A DNA stretch of 64,000 bases. Source: Patescibacteria group bacterium (lineage in GTDB: Bacteria > Patescibacteriota > Microgenomatia > 0-14-0-10-38-17). A program made the translations under genes and the position numbers. The stretch lies in contig JBMNNJ010000002.1 of NCBI GenBank assembly GCA_050953885.1, positions 124,140 to 188,139 of the forward strand. Direction: 5' to 3'. Positions 18,210 through 26,223 of this stretch are shown here, in pieces. The notes under the pieces were generated by a model. The model was not told the DNA's origin and ran no database searches. It worked only from the letters and a program-made list of their open reading frames with translations. Positions within the stretch are counted from its first letter, which is position 1; each line of letters starts with the position of its first letter.

Positions 18210-20164
18210 TAATTTTTACTAACTTTTTTCTTGCCCATTAAGGCTTCAAATTCCTCTTGATCCAAAGTTTCTTTTTCTAAAAGCGCCTTAGCCAGCTCAT
18301 CAAGCTTAATGCGGTTTTTGGTTAAGATCTTTTTGGCCTCTTGGTATGCCTCATCAACCAATTTTTTCACCCTCTTGTCTACCTCCGCCTGCATTTCTTG
18401 AGAAAGATTCTGGTCCTGCGGCCAAAAATAACCAAACTCTGTTTCCACCGGCTGGGGGCCAAAAGAAATCGGCCCCAAGTCGCTCATCCCCAAGTCAACC
18501 ACCATTTTACGCGCTAAAGAGGTCGCTTTATCAATATCATCGGCGGCGCCGGTGGTAATTTCTTTAAAAACCACTTCCTCAGCCGCCCGACCCCCTAACA
18601 TCACTGCCATTTGCTCCAAAAGCCGACTTTTGGTTTCCTGCCCCCGGTCATGAGCGGGAGGTAAGAAAGTATGGCCTAAGGTTAATCCCCGGGCAACAAT
18701 GGAAATCCTCCCTACTGGATCCATATGGGGTAAGAAGTGCGCCACCAAAGCATGGCCGCTTTCATGATAAGCGGCCATTTCTTTTTCCTCTTTTGACTGC
18801 AAACGCTTGCGCTGGGGGCCTAATTTTACCTTGGTGGCCGCTTCTTCAATGTCCGCCATCTGGATCTCCATTTTCCCATCCCGCGCCGCCAAAATAGCCG
18901 CCTCATTAAGCATGTTTTCTAAATCCGCCCCGGAAAATCCCACCGTTTGTTTGGCCACCTGCTCCCAATTAACACTCTTGGCAAAGGGTTTGCCGCGGGC
19001 ATGCACTTTCAAAATTGCCTTTCGCCCCTCAATATCGGGCATGTCCAAAACCACCCGCCGGTCAAAACGTCCCGGCCGCATCAGCGCCGGGTCTAAAAGA
19101 TCAGGGCGGTTAGTGGCTCCAATTACCACCACATTATCATTGGGAGCGAAACCGTCCATTTCCACCAGCATTTGGTTAAGAGTTTGCTCCCGCTCGTCAT
19201 GGCTACTGAAACCACCTAAAGAACGCGCCCGGCCAATGCTTTCAATTTCGTCAATAAAGATAATTGAAGGAGCATTCTTCTTGGCCGTTTCAAATAAATC
19301 TCGCATCCGCGCCGACCCTACTCCCACCAGCATCTCCATAAACTCCGACCCGGCCATCGAGAAAAAAGGCACGTTTGCCTCGCCGGCCACCGCCCGCGCT
19401 AAAAGCGTTTTTCCCGTTCCCGGCGGTCCTACCAAGAGCACTCCTTTTGGTGTCCGCGCCCCCAAGCGACGATACTTTTGGGGGTTTTTCAAAAAATCCA
19501 CCACTTCTTTCAACTCCTGCTTGGCCTCATCCACCCCCGCCACATCGGCAAAGGTAGCCTTTTGCTTACCTTTAATAAAGGGCTTGGCCCGTGATTTGCC
19601 AAAAGAAAAAATTGAGTCCTGAGCTCCTTTTGCTTGTCTAAAAGAAAAATAGAAAAAAATACCAATTAAAATCAAAGGAACAAAGGTGATAAAAATCTCC
19701 CACCAAACTTGAGAAAAAGACTGGTCCACTACCTTAATGTCCAAACTCGAAGGGTCAATCGCTTCTTCCTGAAGAATATTCACTAAGCTTTGTTGAGGCT
19801 CTTTATTGGCAAGGGCTACCTTACCATCGTTATAAATTAGGCTTATCTGATTGCCCGCTACCTCTACCGATTTAACCTTCCCCTCTCTAATATCGGCAAT
19901 TGCCTGCGAAAGGGGAATTTCCAAATTGCTTCTCGCCCAACCAGAAAGAGCAATAAAAAACCAAACCACCAAAAAAATTCCCAAAATTCCGGTGAGAATT
20001 TTCTTGGGGCTAAGTTTCACCTCCACTTTTTTAGCCCCCTCAGGAAGCTTAATTTCCGGCTTCCCTGCTTCCTCTTTGGTATTATTTTTTGAACCTCTTT
20101 TTTGAGGCTTTTTAAAAATCGCCATAATGTTTTTATTATGATTAAAGGAAAAATGGAATAGCAA
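18209..20164 (-). CDS. ftsH: ATP-dependent zinc metalloprotease FtsH
   Basis: AAA Walker [12 protein letters not shown], second region of homology, HESGHALV zinc site, N-terminal TM. The likely true start is the internal MAIFKK. Confidence 0.9.
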   Translation of the reverse strand: MLFHFSFNHNKNIMAIFKKPQKRGSKNNTKEEAGKPEIKLPEGAKKVEVKLSPKKILTGILGIFLVVWFFIALSGWARSNLEIPLSQAIADIREGKVKSVEVAGNQISLIYNDGKVALANKEPQQSLVNILQEEAIDPSSLDIKVVDQSFSQVWWEIFITFVPLILIGIFFYFSFRQAKGAQDSIFSFGKSRAKPFIKGKQKATFADVAGVDEAKQELKEVVDFLKNPQKYRRLGARTPKGVLLVGPPGTGKTLLARAVAGEANVPFFSMAGSEFMEMLVGVGSARMRDLFETAKKNAPSIIFIDEIESIGRARSLGGFSSHDEREQTLNQMLVEMDGFAPNDNVVVIGATNRPDLLDPALMRPGRFDRRVVLDMPDIEGRKAILKVHARGKPFAKSVNWEQVAKQTVGFSGADLENMLNEAAILAARDGKMEIQMADIEEAATKVKLGPQRKRLQSKEEKEMAAYHESGHALVAHFLPHMDPVGRISIVARGLTLGHTFLPPAHDRGQETKSRLLEQMAVMLGGRAAEEVVFKEITTGAADDIDKATSLARKMVVDLGMSDLGPISFGPQPVETEFGYFWPQDQNLSQEMQAEVDKRVKKLVDEAYQEAKKILTKNRIKLDELAKALLEKETLDQEEFEALMGKKKVSKN

Positions 20165-20180
20165 ACTTTAGCCCGCGCCT

Positions 20181-20229
20181 ATCATTCGCTCATTCGTGTT
20201 AATTCGTTTCCAATTCGCGCTAATTCGCG
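20181..20229 (+). repeat. ATTCG-rich 48-bp repeat element (copy b)
   Basis: ATCATTCGCTCATTCGTGTTAATTCGTTTCCAATTCGCGCTAATTCGCG, followed by TTAACAGTTTAACAC. Confidence 0.7.
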
Positions 20230-20262
20230 TCTTTTAACAGTTTAACACTTTAATTTTATGAT

Positions 20263-21261
20263 TTAATGATTTTTTATCTTTCTTAACCCCATTTTTTCTT
20301 TTACCTCATCCATCGTTTTCTTGGCCAAGGGAAGAGCGTAATCTCGCCCTTCTTTCAAGATCGCTGCCACGGCTTCAGGATTTTCCTCAAAATAATGTCG
20401 CCTTTGCCGAAAAGGTTCAAGCTCCTGATAAATCGCCTCCGCCAGCTCACTCTTAAGAGAGGCATATTTTATCCCTTTTCCTAAATATTCCTTTTCATAT
20501 TCTTCCCGCCGTTTTTTTCCTAAAAAAAGAGCGGCCATGGCCAGCAAATTAGCCACCCCGCCTTCTTTGGGTACTTCTTTCCCTTTCCCCAAATCAGTCG
20601 GCACCCGGGCTATTTTTCGGTTAATCTCCTCCTTGCTGTCAGCTAAGAAAATGGCGCTGCCAGCTACTGACTTACTCATCTTCCCCTCTCCTGTCAACGA
20701 AGGAACAATCTCGCCTACAATTGCATAACGTTGGGGTTCGGGAAAAGTTTTCCCAAACATCTGGTTAAACCGCCGGGCAATTTCCCGGCTCACCTCCAAA
20801 TGAGGCTCCTGATCTTTACCCACCGGTACCAACTCGGCTTTGTAAAGCAAAATGTCAGCTGCCATTAAAACCGGGTAATAAAGCAAGCCTAAATTAATAT
20901 AACCCGGCTGTTCTTTCTTTTTATCTTTATAAGTAGGCAGCTGCTCCAAACGGGAAACAGGAAAAATAGTCCCCAAAAGATAAGCAAGTTCCACATGATA
21001 GGGAACTTCGGACTGAATCATCAAATGGGCCTTCTTGGGGTCAATTCCTGCCCCTAAATAATCAAGCACTACTTGATAAATATCCTCCTGCAGGGTTGCC
21101 GGCTGATAAGGCGAGGTAATGGTATGAAGATCAACGACCGAAAAAATACAATCGTATTTATCCTGTAGGTCTACCATTCCCTTCATCGCTCCCAAATAAT
21201 TCCCCAAATGAAGCCGGCCGGTAGCTCTGATCCCTGAAAAAACCCGTTTTTTTTCTCCCAT
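20263..21261 (-). CDS. trpS: Tryptophan--tRNA ligase
   Basis: 332 aa class I aaRS with an HLGN (HIGH-like) motif and KMSKS. Confidence 0.75.
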   Translation of the reverse strand: MGEKKRVFSGIRATGRLHLGNYLGAMKGMVDLQDKYDCIFSVVDLHTITSPYQPATLQEDIYQVVLDYLGAGIDPKKAHLMIQSEVPYHVELAYLLGTIFPVSRLEQLPTYKDKKKEQPGYINLGLLYYPVLMAADILLYKAELVPVGKDQEPHLEVSREIARRFNQMFGKTFPEPQRYAIVGEIVPSLTGEGKMSKSVAGSAIFLADSKEEINRKIARVPTDLGKGKEVPKEGGVANLLAMAALFLGKKRREEYEKEYLGKGIKYASLKSELAEAIYQELEPFRQRRHYFEENPEAVAAILKEGRDYALPLAKKTMDEVKEKMGLRKIKNH

Positions 21262-21292
21262 TCCTTAATTATAACACCGAAGGAAAAGAAAG

Positions 21293-22540
21293 CTATGTGC
21301 GGTGTCCAGGACATGCTATACACTTCATGAGGTTTGGGTATGAGGAATATGTAAGAAGAGTGTTAAAATTGGTGGGTGTTAATTTTGAGAGTGTAGTAAA
21401 GGGGGTGAAAAAGCATGAGTCCTGGAATCCATGGAATCCGGATAGACTACAAGGAATTAAGAAAGATTAATCCAGAAGCAGCCAGACAAACAGTGATTGA
21501 GTATCTAAAGACTAATGGCCACAACATTGCTGATACCGCCAGGGTTTTTAGGGTCAACAGGACAGTGGTTTATGACATCTTGGCAAAAAGCAAAGAGGGC
21601 AATCTTAAAGACAGACCCAAGATACCAAAACACCAGCCCAACAAGACACCAGCCAAGACAGAAGGTAAAGTCATTAAGGCCAAGAACAAAACCCACCTGG
21701 GGCCAAAAAGATTATCACGCTACCTTGAGAAACATGAAGGGATTCTTGTTCCTCCAGGAACAATCAGGCACATTCTAAGGAGGAATAAAGACAGGCTTAC
21801 TTACAAACTAAAATCAAACAAGAGAAGAAAACAACCAAGGGAGTTTGTTGACTGGTATTCAGCTAAACCTTTTGAGATTGTCCAAATGGATATCAAATTC
21901 ATTAGGGATCAGAAAGCCCTGACTAAAAAGCAAATTATTCATCTTAACCAATATGATATTCCCAACTATCAATGGGGAGCCCTGGATGTTAACTCTAGGT
22001 TTAAACTAATTGCTTATTCCAAGGAAAAATCTTGGACTAATGGTTTGTGTTTTTACCTTTGGACTATTTCCTGGTTAAGGTCTCATGGGGTTAAATCAGA
22101 GATTGCCTTTACTGTTGATAATGGTGAGGAATTTGGGGGTAGATCCTGGTTGAAGGTCAAAGAGTTAAGAAAACTGATCAGGGGTTTTGGCTGTAGATTA
22201 ATCCAGAACCACAAAGGTCATCCTGAGGAGAATGCTCATTTGGAAAGAAGCCATAGAACCGATGACGAAGAGTTCTACATTCCCAGGGTCCTACAGATTA
22301 AGAGCAAAAAAGATCTCTTGAATGAGGCCCTGGGTTACATTTATTACTACAACAATGTCCGGGAACACTCATCCTTAGACTATCAAATACCCTACCAATA
22401 TCTGAAAATGCAATTACCAGAGATTGATGATAACATACGTTATGTACAACCGATTATCCTTGATGATGTCTCGGTAAAACTAGGCCCTTGGAGTGGATAC
22501 AATGTCTTGGCACATCACCGCTAAATTATTAAATGGCTAA
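21293..22540 (+). mobile_element. IS481-family-like insertion sequence (single DDE transposase); right boundary approximate
   Basis: The left end TGTGCGGTGTCCAGGA is shared with a truncated second copy at 25667. It encodes a 369-aa HTH + rve-type DDE transposase. Terminal inverted repeats were not resolved by eye. Confidence 0.6.
21415..22524 (+). CDS. DDE transposase (N-terminal HTH + integrase-core rve domain), IS481-like
   Basis: N-terminal HTH (IADTARVFRVNRTVVYDIL). The core has WGALDVN (D), TVDNGEEF (D) and HLERSHRTDDEEFY (E) in an rve-like arrangement. Confidence 0.7.
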   Translation: MSPGIHGIRIDYKELRKINPEAARQTVIEYLKTNGHNIADTARVFRVNRTVVYDILAKSKEGNLKDRPKIPKHQPNKTPAKTEGKVIKAKNKTHLGPKRLSRYLEKHEGILVPPGTIRHILRRNKDRLTYKLKSNKRRKQPREFVDWYSAKPFEIVQMDIKFIRDQKALTKKQIIHLNQYDIPNYQWGALDVNSRFKLIAYSKEKSWTNGLCFYLWTISWLRSHGVKSEIAFTVDNGEEFGGRSWLKVKELRKLIRGFGCRLIQNHKGHPEENAHLERSHRTDDEEFYIPRVLQIKSKKDLLNEALGYIYYYNNVREHSSLDYQIPYQYLKMQLPEIDDNIRYVQPIILDDVSVKLGPWSGYNVLAHHR

Positions 22541-22551
22541 ACTCCCCTAAA

Positions 22552-22672
22552 AAAGTCAAAAGTTAAAATTTAAAAGTCAAAATTACAAGTAAAAACCTAA
22601 AAGTGAAGCAAAAAAACTTTTAACTTTTAAATTTTGAATTTTGAATTTTGACTTTTGAATTATATACTTAAT
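22552..22672. repeat. AT-rich palindromic element (AAAAGTCAAAAGTTAAAATTT… / …AAATTTTGAATTTTGACTTTT)
   Basis: Left and right arms are reverse complements. It lies between the IS right end and the tRNA-Met 3' end. Confidence 0.65.
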
Positions 22673-22685
22673 ACTAGCGCCTTTG

Positions 22686-22759
22686 TGGCAGGGGTCGGAT
22701 TCGAACCGACGACCGGGCGGTTATGATTCGCCTGCTCTAACCAGCTGAGCTACCCTGCC
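22686..22759 (-). tRNA. tRNA-Met (anticodon CAT); elongator type most likely, an Ile2 (lysidine) type cannot be excluded
   Basis: Manual cloverleaf. Acceptor GGCAGGG/CCCTGCC, D-stem GCTC/GAGC, anticodon stem GGCGA/CCGCC with loop ATCATAA, T-arm GTCGG-TTCGAAT-CCGAC, discriminator A, no encoded CCA. Confidence 0.8.
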
Positions 22760-22993
22760 CTCATTTAAAAAACTGGCTTTATTTTATCAAATCTTGTTAA
22801 TTTTACCAAGTTTTTAAGATGGTAATCTGCCGGAGCATTGTCTTTGCTCCAAGACCCTAATTTTTGGCAAGGCCTATCCTTGTGAAACAAAAAGCTGGCT
22901 TCTTCTTAATCTTCCCCGAGCTTAAAAACCCTTCTTTTATATTACCGGGAAAAAGGAGGCATGTCGCAAATGTATTTGACTTATACAAAAAAA

Positions 22994-23022
22994 TTGACAT
23001 TTGGAAAGTCTAAGTTTATAAT
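22994..23022 (+). promoter_or_regulatory. Consensus sigma70-type promoter (TTGACA-N17-TATAAT) reading into tRNA-fMet
   Basis: -35 TTGACA at 22994-22999 and -10 TATAAT at 23017-23022, both perfect, with a 17-bp spacer. The tRNA starts at 23065. Confidence 0.5.
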
Positions 23023-23064
23023 TGGACAAGGTGGAAAAAGGAAATATAAGATTAATTTATGACG

Positions 23065-23134
23065 CGCGGGGTAGTGTACGGCAGCACGTGAGGCTCATAA
23101 TCTCACAGACCAGGTTCGACCCCTGGCCCCGCAA
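23065..23134 (+). tRNA. tRNA-Met (anticodon CAT), initiator-like (fMet): 5' CGCGGGG…CCCCGCAA 3' with a C1·A72 mismatch
   Basis: The acceptor matches the E. coli tRNA-fMet ends (CGCGGGG / CCCCGCA-A). Anticodon loop is CTCATAA. T-arm CCAGG-TTCGACC-CCTGG. The D-loop is short, and the anticodon stem lacks the canonical three G-C pairs. Confidence 0.65.
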
Positions 23135-23141
23135 CTAAACA

Positions 23142-23495
23142 TCATTTTTGGCCAAAAAAAAGCTCCCACCACTGCCGCCAAACAGGAGAAGGAGGAGAAA
23201 AAGCCGTTTCGGCCTTTACCTCTTCTTCTTGGGGCAAAACAATCATCATTTCTCCCTCTTTGCTCATCCCCAAACTATTCCGCGCTTCTTTTTCCAAAAA
23301 GGAATCGCTCTCAACATAATCCAAATAAGCTCTTAGCTCCTCGTTTTCCTTCTCAATTTGGGCTAAATTTTTCTTCTCTTCCTGCCATTTTTTGGCCCGT
23401 CCCACCAAATCCGCCGTTCTTTGCGACAAACTTATAATGGCCATTATTAAAATCGCCAAAAGCAAAAACCGAAAAATTCTTTTAACCGTTGACAT
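23142..23495 (-). CDS. FtsB/DivIC-like septum formation initiator
   Basis: 117 aa with an N-terminal TM (FRFLLLAILIMAIISL) followed by a coiled coil (KKNLAQIEKENEELRAYLDYVE). Confidence 0.55.
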   Translation of the reverse strand: MSTVKRIFRFLLLAILIMAIISLSQRTADLVGRAKKWQEEKKNLAQIEKENEELRAYLDYVESDSFLEKEARNSLGMSKEGEMMIVLPQEEEVKAETAFSPPSPVWRQWWELFFGQK

Positions 23496-23525
23496 TCTAA
23501 CCGCAAAAATGCTATTATAAGGTTT

Positions 23526-24407
23526 ATGAAGAAAACCGATAATCTCACCTCATTAACAAAGGCTCAAGAACGTTTTGTCGCCCATCTTAAAGCGCAAAAA
23601 CGCTCTACCAACACCATCATAGCATACCAAAACGATATCGGGCAATTAATCAGTTTTTTGGCAGAAAAAAACATCAAAGAGGCCGGCGAGGTAAACGCCG
23701 CTCATATTGAAGATTTTAAAAAAGATCTGCTGACGGAGAAAAAATATACCAAAAAAACGGTTTCCCGCAAACTTAACTCTATCAAGTCGTTTTTCCGCTT
23801 CTTAAAAGATAACGGCGTTGTTACCGAAGACCCCAGCCTCAAGGTGGCTCATCCCAAAGTGAGCCAAAAGCCGCCACGAATTCTTTCATCCTTGGAGTAC
23901 CGGGCTCTGCGCGATGCTTGCCGCAATGACAACCGCGCTTATGCAATTGTGGAACTTATGCTACAGGCTGGTCTACGCATTTCCGAAGTGGCTAATTTGG
24001 AACTTAACGATATCACCGAAAACACTATTATCGTCCGTGCCTATGAATCCCATCCCCAACGGGTTGTTCCCCTAAATCGCGCCGCTAAAGAGGCGGTAAG
24101 GCGCTATATCGAAAATGATCGGCCGAAAACCAACCGCACCAAAAAAATCTTTGTTACCAAAACCGGCCGGCCGCTTTTGGTGCGCAACATCAGAAACAAT
24201 CTTAACCGTTATTTTGAACTGGCGGGCATTAAAAACGCCTATGTCAATAATTTACGCGATACCTTCGTGGTTAGCCAGCTGGAAGCCAATGTTCCCCTTA
24301 ATGTTATTTCCCAAATTATCGGCCACAAAAGAATTTCCTCAACCGAAAAATATCTTGCCTTGGTAAAAAACCGCGAAGAGGAGAAAATAAAACTTAAGGA
24401 ACTTTAA
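23526..24407 (+). CDS. Tyrosine recombinase (XerC/XerD-like integrase family)
   Basis: N-terminal SAM-like domain (NTIIAYQNDIGQLISFL). C-terminal GLRISEV (Arg I), LR (Arg II) and GHKRISSTEKYLAL (His/Tyr). The HxxR box reads NNLR, so the His is not conserved. Confidence 0.7.
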   Translation: MKKTDNLTSLTKAQERFVAHLKAQKRSTNTIIAYQNDIGQLISFLAEKNIKEAGEVNAAHIEDFKKDLLTEKKYTKKTVSRKLNSIKSFFRFLKDNGVVTEDPSLKVAHPKVSQKPPRILSSLEYRALRDACRNDNRAYAIVELMLQAGLRISEVANLELNDITENTIIVRAYESHPQRVVPLNRAAKEAVRRYIENDRPKTNRTKKIFVTKTGRPLLVRNIRNNLNRYFELAGIKNAYVNNLRDTFVVSQLEANVPLNVISQIIGHKRISSTEKYLALVKNREEEKIKLKEL

Positions 24408-24801
24408 AACCTTCTCTTGCTTCAGTCTGATGGGTACCCGATAAAATGGGCACAGCTTGAAGATGCCGCCGGTCGTTCTCAAAAAACAGTTTCTAGACGA
24501 AGAAAGTGTTTCCCAAAAATCGGGTACTTGACAAGGACCGTATAAAAAACCAAAGTTGAAACATATGCCCTGTCCGGTAAGGCTACCTAGCCATTTACCC
24601 TTGCCGCTTTTTTAATTTTTCCTTGTCATTGGCTAAAAAATATTCAGGAGTAGGATCCTTCAAGTCCCTTGGAACTTGAAATCTGACAACTTCAATTCCC
24701 CGATCAGGAGAAGCTAACCCGTCAATTAAAGTAGATTTTCACAGCAAGAAATGCCCTCAAAGCAAACAACCTTTGGGCTTCCCGATTCTTTTTCTTTATG
24801 A

Positions 24802-25365
24802 TTAAACTGTTCTACCATTTGTCAGATATTTGGCTAGATTAACCCAACAATCAGCATTCCAAAGGCTTAACCTGACATCTTCAGGAAGTGTTGCCAATGG
24901 AGTTTTATAGCCATCCGGAATATAAAGCATATCAATAGTTGAACCATTCACCCCTTCTGCTTTAAAGGCTAGATTTCCATAATTTTCAGATAAAAATGTT
25001 TTTGGTTCTCCTCCGGGCTCACAATAAGCCACACAAATTGGAGATCTCACCCGCCGGTTTTCCTTACCTTCCATCATTTTTATAAGTTCCTGAGGGGTTA
25101 ACCATTGATTAATATATTTAATAAAAGGTCCTGGAAAACCATTTAGTGCTTCAATGTAATATCCTGCGTCAGTCTTTACCACCGGCTTCCCCAATTTGTT
25201 GGCCGCGTACTGAGCAGAATACCCGGCGATTATTTCCACATTCGTATCCTGTATTTCCGGAGTTTCAAGCTTTGTACCGATTAAATTTATCGGATACCCT
25301 TGAATTTTTTCCCTGGCCTGATCAAGTTTTTTCTGATTTCCGGTAATAAAAATTAAATCAAGCAT
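24802..25365 (-). CDS. Ham1/RdgB-like non-canonical purine NTP pyrophosphatase (tentative)
   Basis: 187 aa. ITGNQKKL near the N-terminus resembles the Ham1 TGNxxK motif, and the C-terminus carries FPGPF. Weak assignment. Confidence 0.4.
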   Translation of the reverse strand: MLDLIFITGNQKKLDQAREKIQGYPINLIGTKLETPEIQDTNVEIIAGYSAQYAANKLGKPVVKTDAGYYIEALNGFPGPFIKYINQWLTPQELIKMMEGKENRRVRSPICVAYCEPGGEPKTFLSENYGNLAFKAEGVNGSTIDMLYIPDGYKTPLATLPEDVRLSLWNADCWVNLAKYLTNGRTV

Positions 25366-25666
25366 GTATCCTCCTTAATAAATATTAAACAAAATCCCCA
25401 TGTGGCTTATGACTAAGTTTCAAATAACAGATAATTTCATTATAATAAAGGTCAATGCACCAGATACAGTTATGATTACAAAAATTCACCAGATCAAGTT
25501 CAACCATTACCGGAATAATGTCCTTTCCCTCCGCCAAATCAATAAATCTCTCAAGATGGTTTATATATTTATATGGGCTAAAAGTATCTAGCGTTTTTAT
25601 TGTAATAATGATTGCTAATACAGTGGTTTCTATTATAAACTATATTTACCGATATTCAATTGGGCT

Positions 25667-26035
25667 TTGTGCGGTGTCCAGGAGATGCGATACACTTCAT
25701 GAGGTTTGGGCATGAGGAACATGTAAGAAGAGTGTTAAAATTGGTGGGTGTTAATTTTGAGAGTGTAGTAAAGGGGGTGAAAAAGCATGAGTCCTGGAAT
25801 CCATGGAATCCGGATAGACGACAAGGAGTTAAAAGATTAATCCAGAAGCAGCCAGACAAACAGTGATTGAGTATCTAAAGACTATAATGGCCACAACATT
25901 GCTGATACCGCCAGGGTTTTTAGGGTCAACAGGACAGTGGTTTATGACATCTTGGCAAAAAGCAAAGAGGGCAATCTTAAAGACAGACCCAAGATACCAA
26001 AACACCAGCCAAGACAGAAGATAAAGTCATTCGCA
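25667..26035 (+). pseudogene. Truncated, degenerate second copy of the IS481-like element (5' ~370 bp only)
   Basis: Near-identical to 21293-21665 with point changes, an in-frame TAA, a small insertion and a 15-bp deletion. It ends ~30 bp from the tRNA-Ile 3' end. Confidence 0.7.
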
Positions 26036-26064
26036 ATCTCGTGTTTACCTGCCCAGCGCACGGG

Positions 26065-26136
26065 TGCGCCTGCTTGGATTCGAACCAAGGACGTCTACTT
26101 TATAAGAGTAGCGCTCTACCACTGAGCTACAGGCGC
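26065..26136 (-). tRNA. tRNA-Ile (anticodon TAT; UAU reads AUA)
   Basis: Manual cloverleaf. Acceptor GCGCCTG/CAGGCGC, D-arm GCTC-AGTGGTA-GAGC, anticodon stem CTACT/AGTAG with loop CTTATAA, T-arm CTTGG-TTCGAAT-CCAAG, discriminator A. Confidence 0.75.
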
Positions 26137-26223
26137 AACGAAAGTTAAAAGTTTTTTAGATCGGACTTCTATCTGCTCTTTATTATACTTTATACTCTAT
26201 ACTTTATACACTACACATTAGAT

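Noticed and set aside
18807-19622. 271-aa ORF on the plus strand
   Set aside because: It lies entirely antisense within ftsH and has a Ser/Ala/Pro-rich low-complexity translation, which is the typical shadow ORF of a conserved gene. The same reasoning applies to 19375-19557, 19851-20105, 58285-58842 and 59071-59343 (antisense to groEL), and 40952-41356, 41906-42187 and 42377-42634 (antisense to the giant surface protein gene).
21293-22540. Terminal inverted repeats of the IS element
   Set aside because: I could not find a reverse-complement match to the left terminus TGTGCGGTGTCCAGGA near the right end by eye. The IS right boundary is therefore given only approximately.
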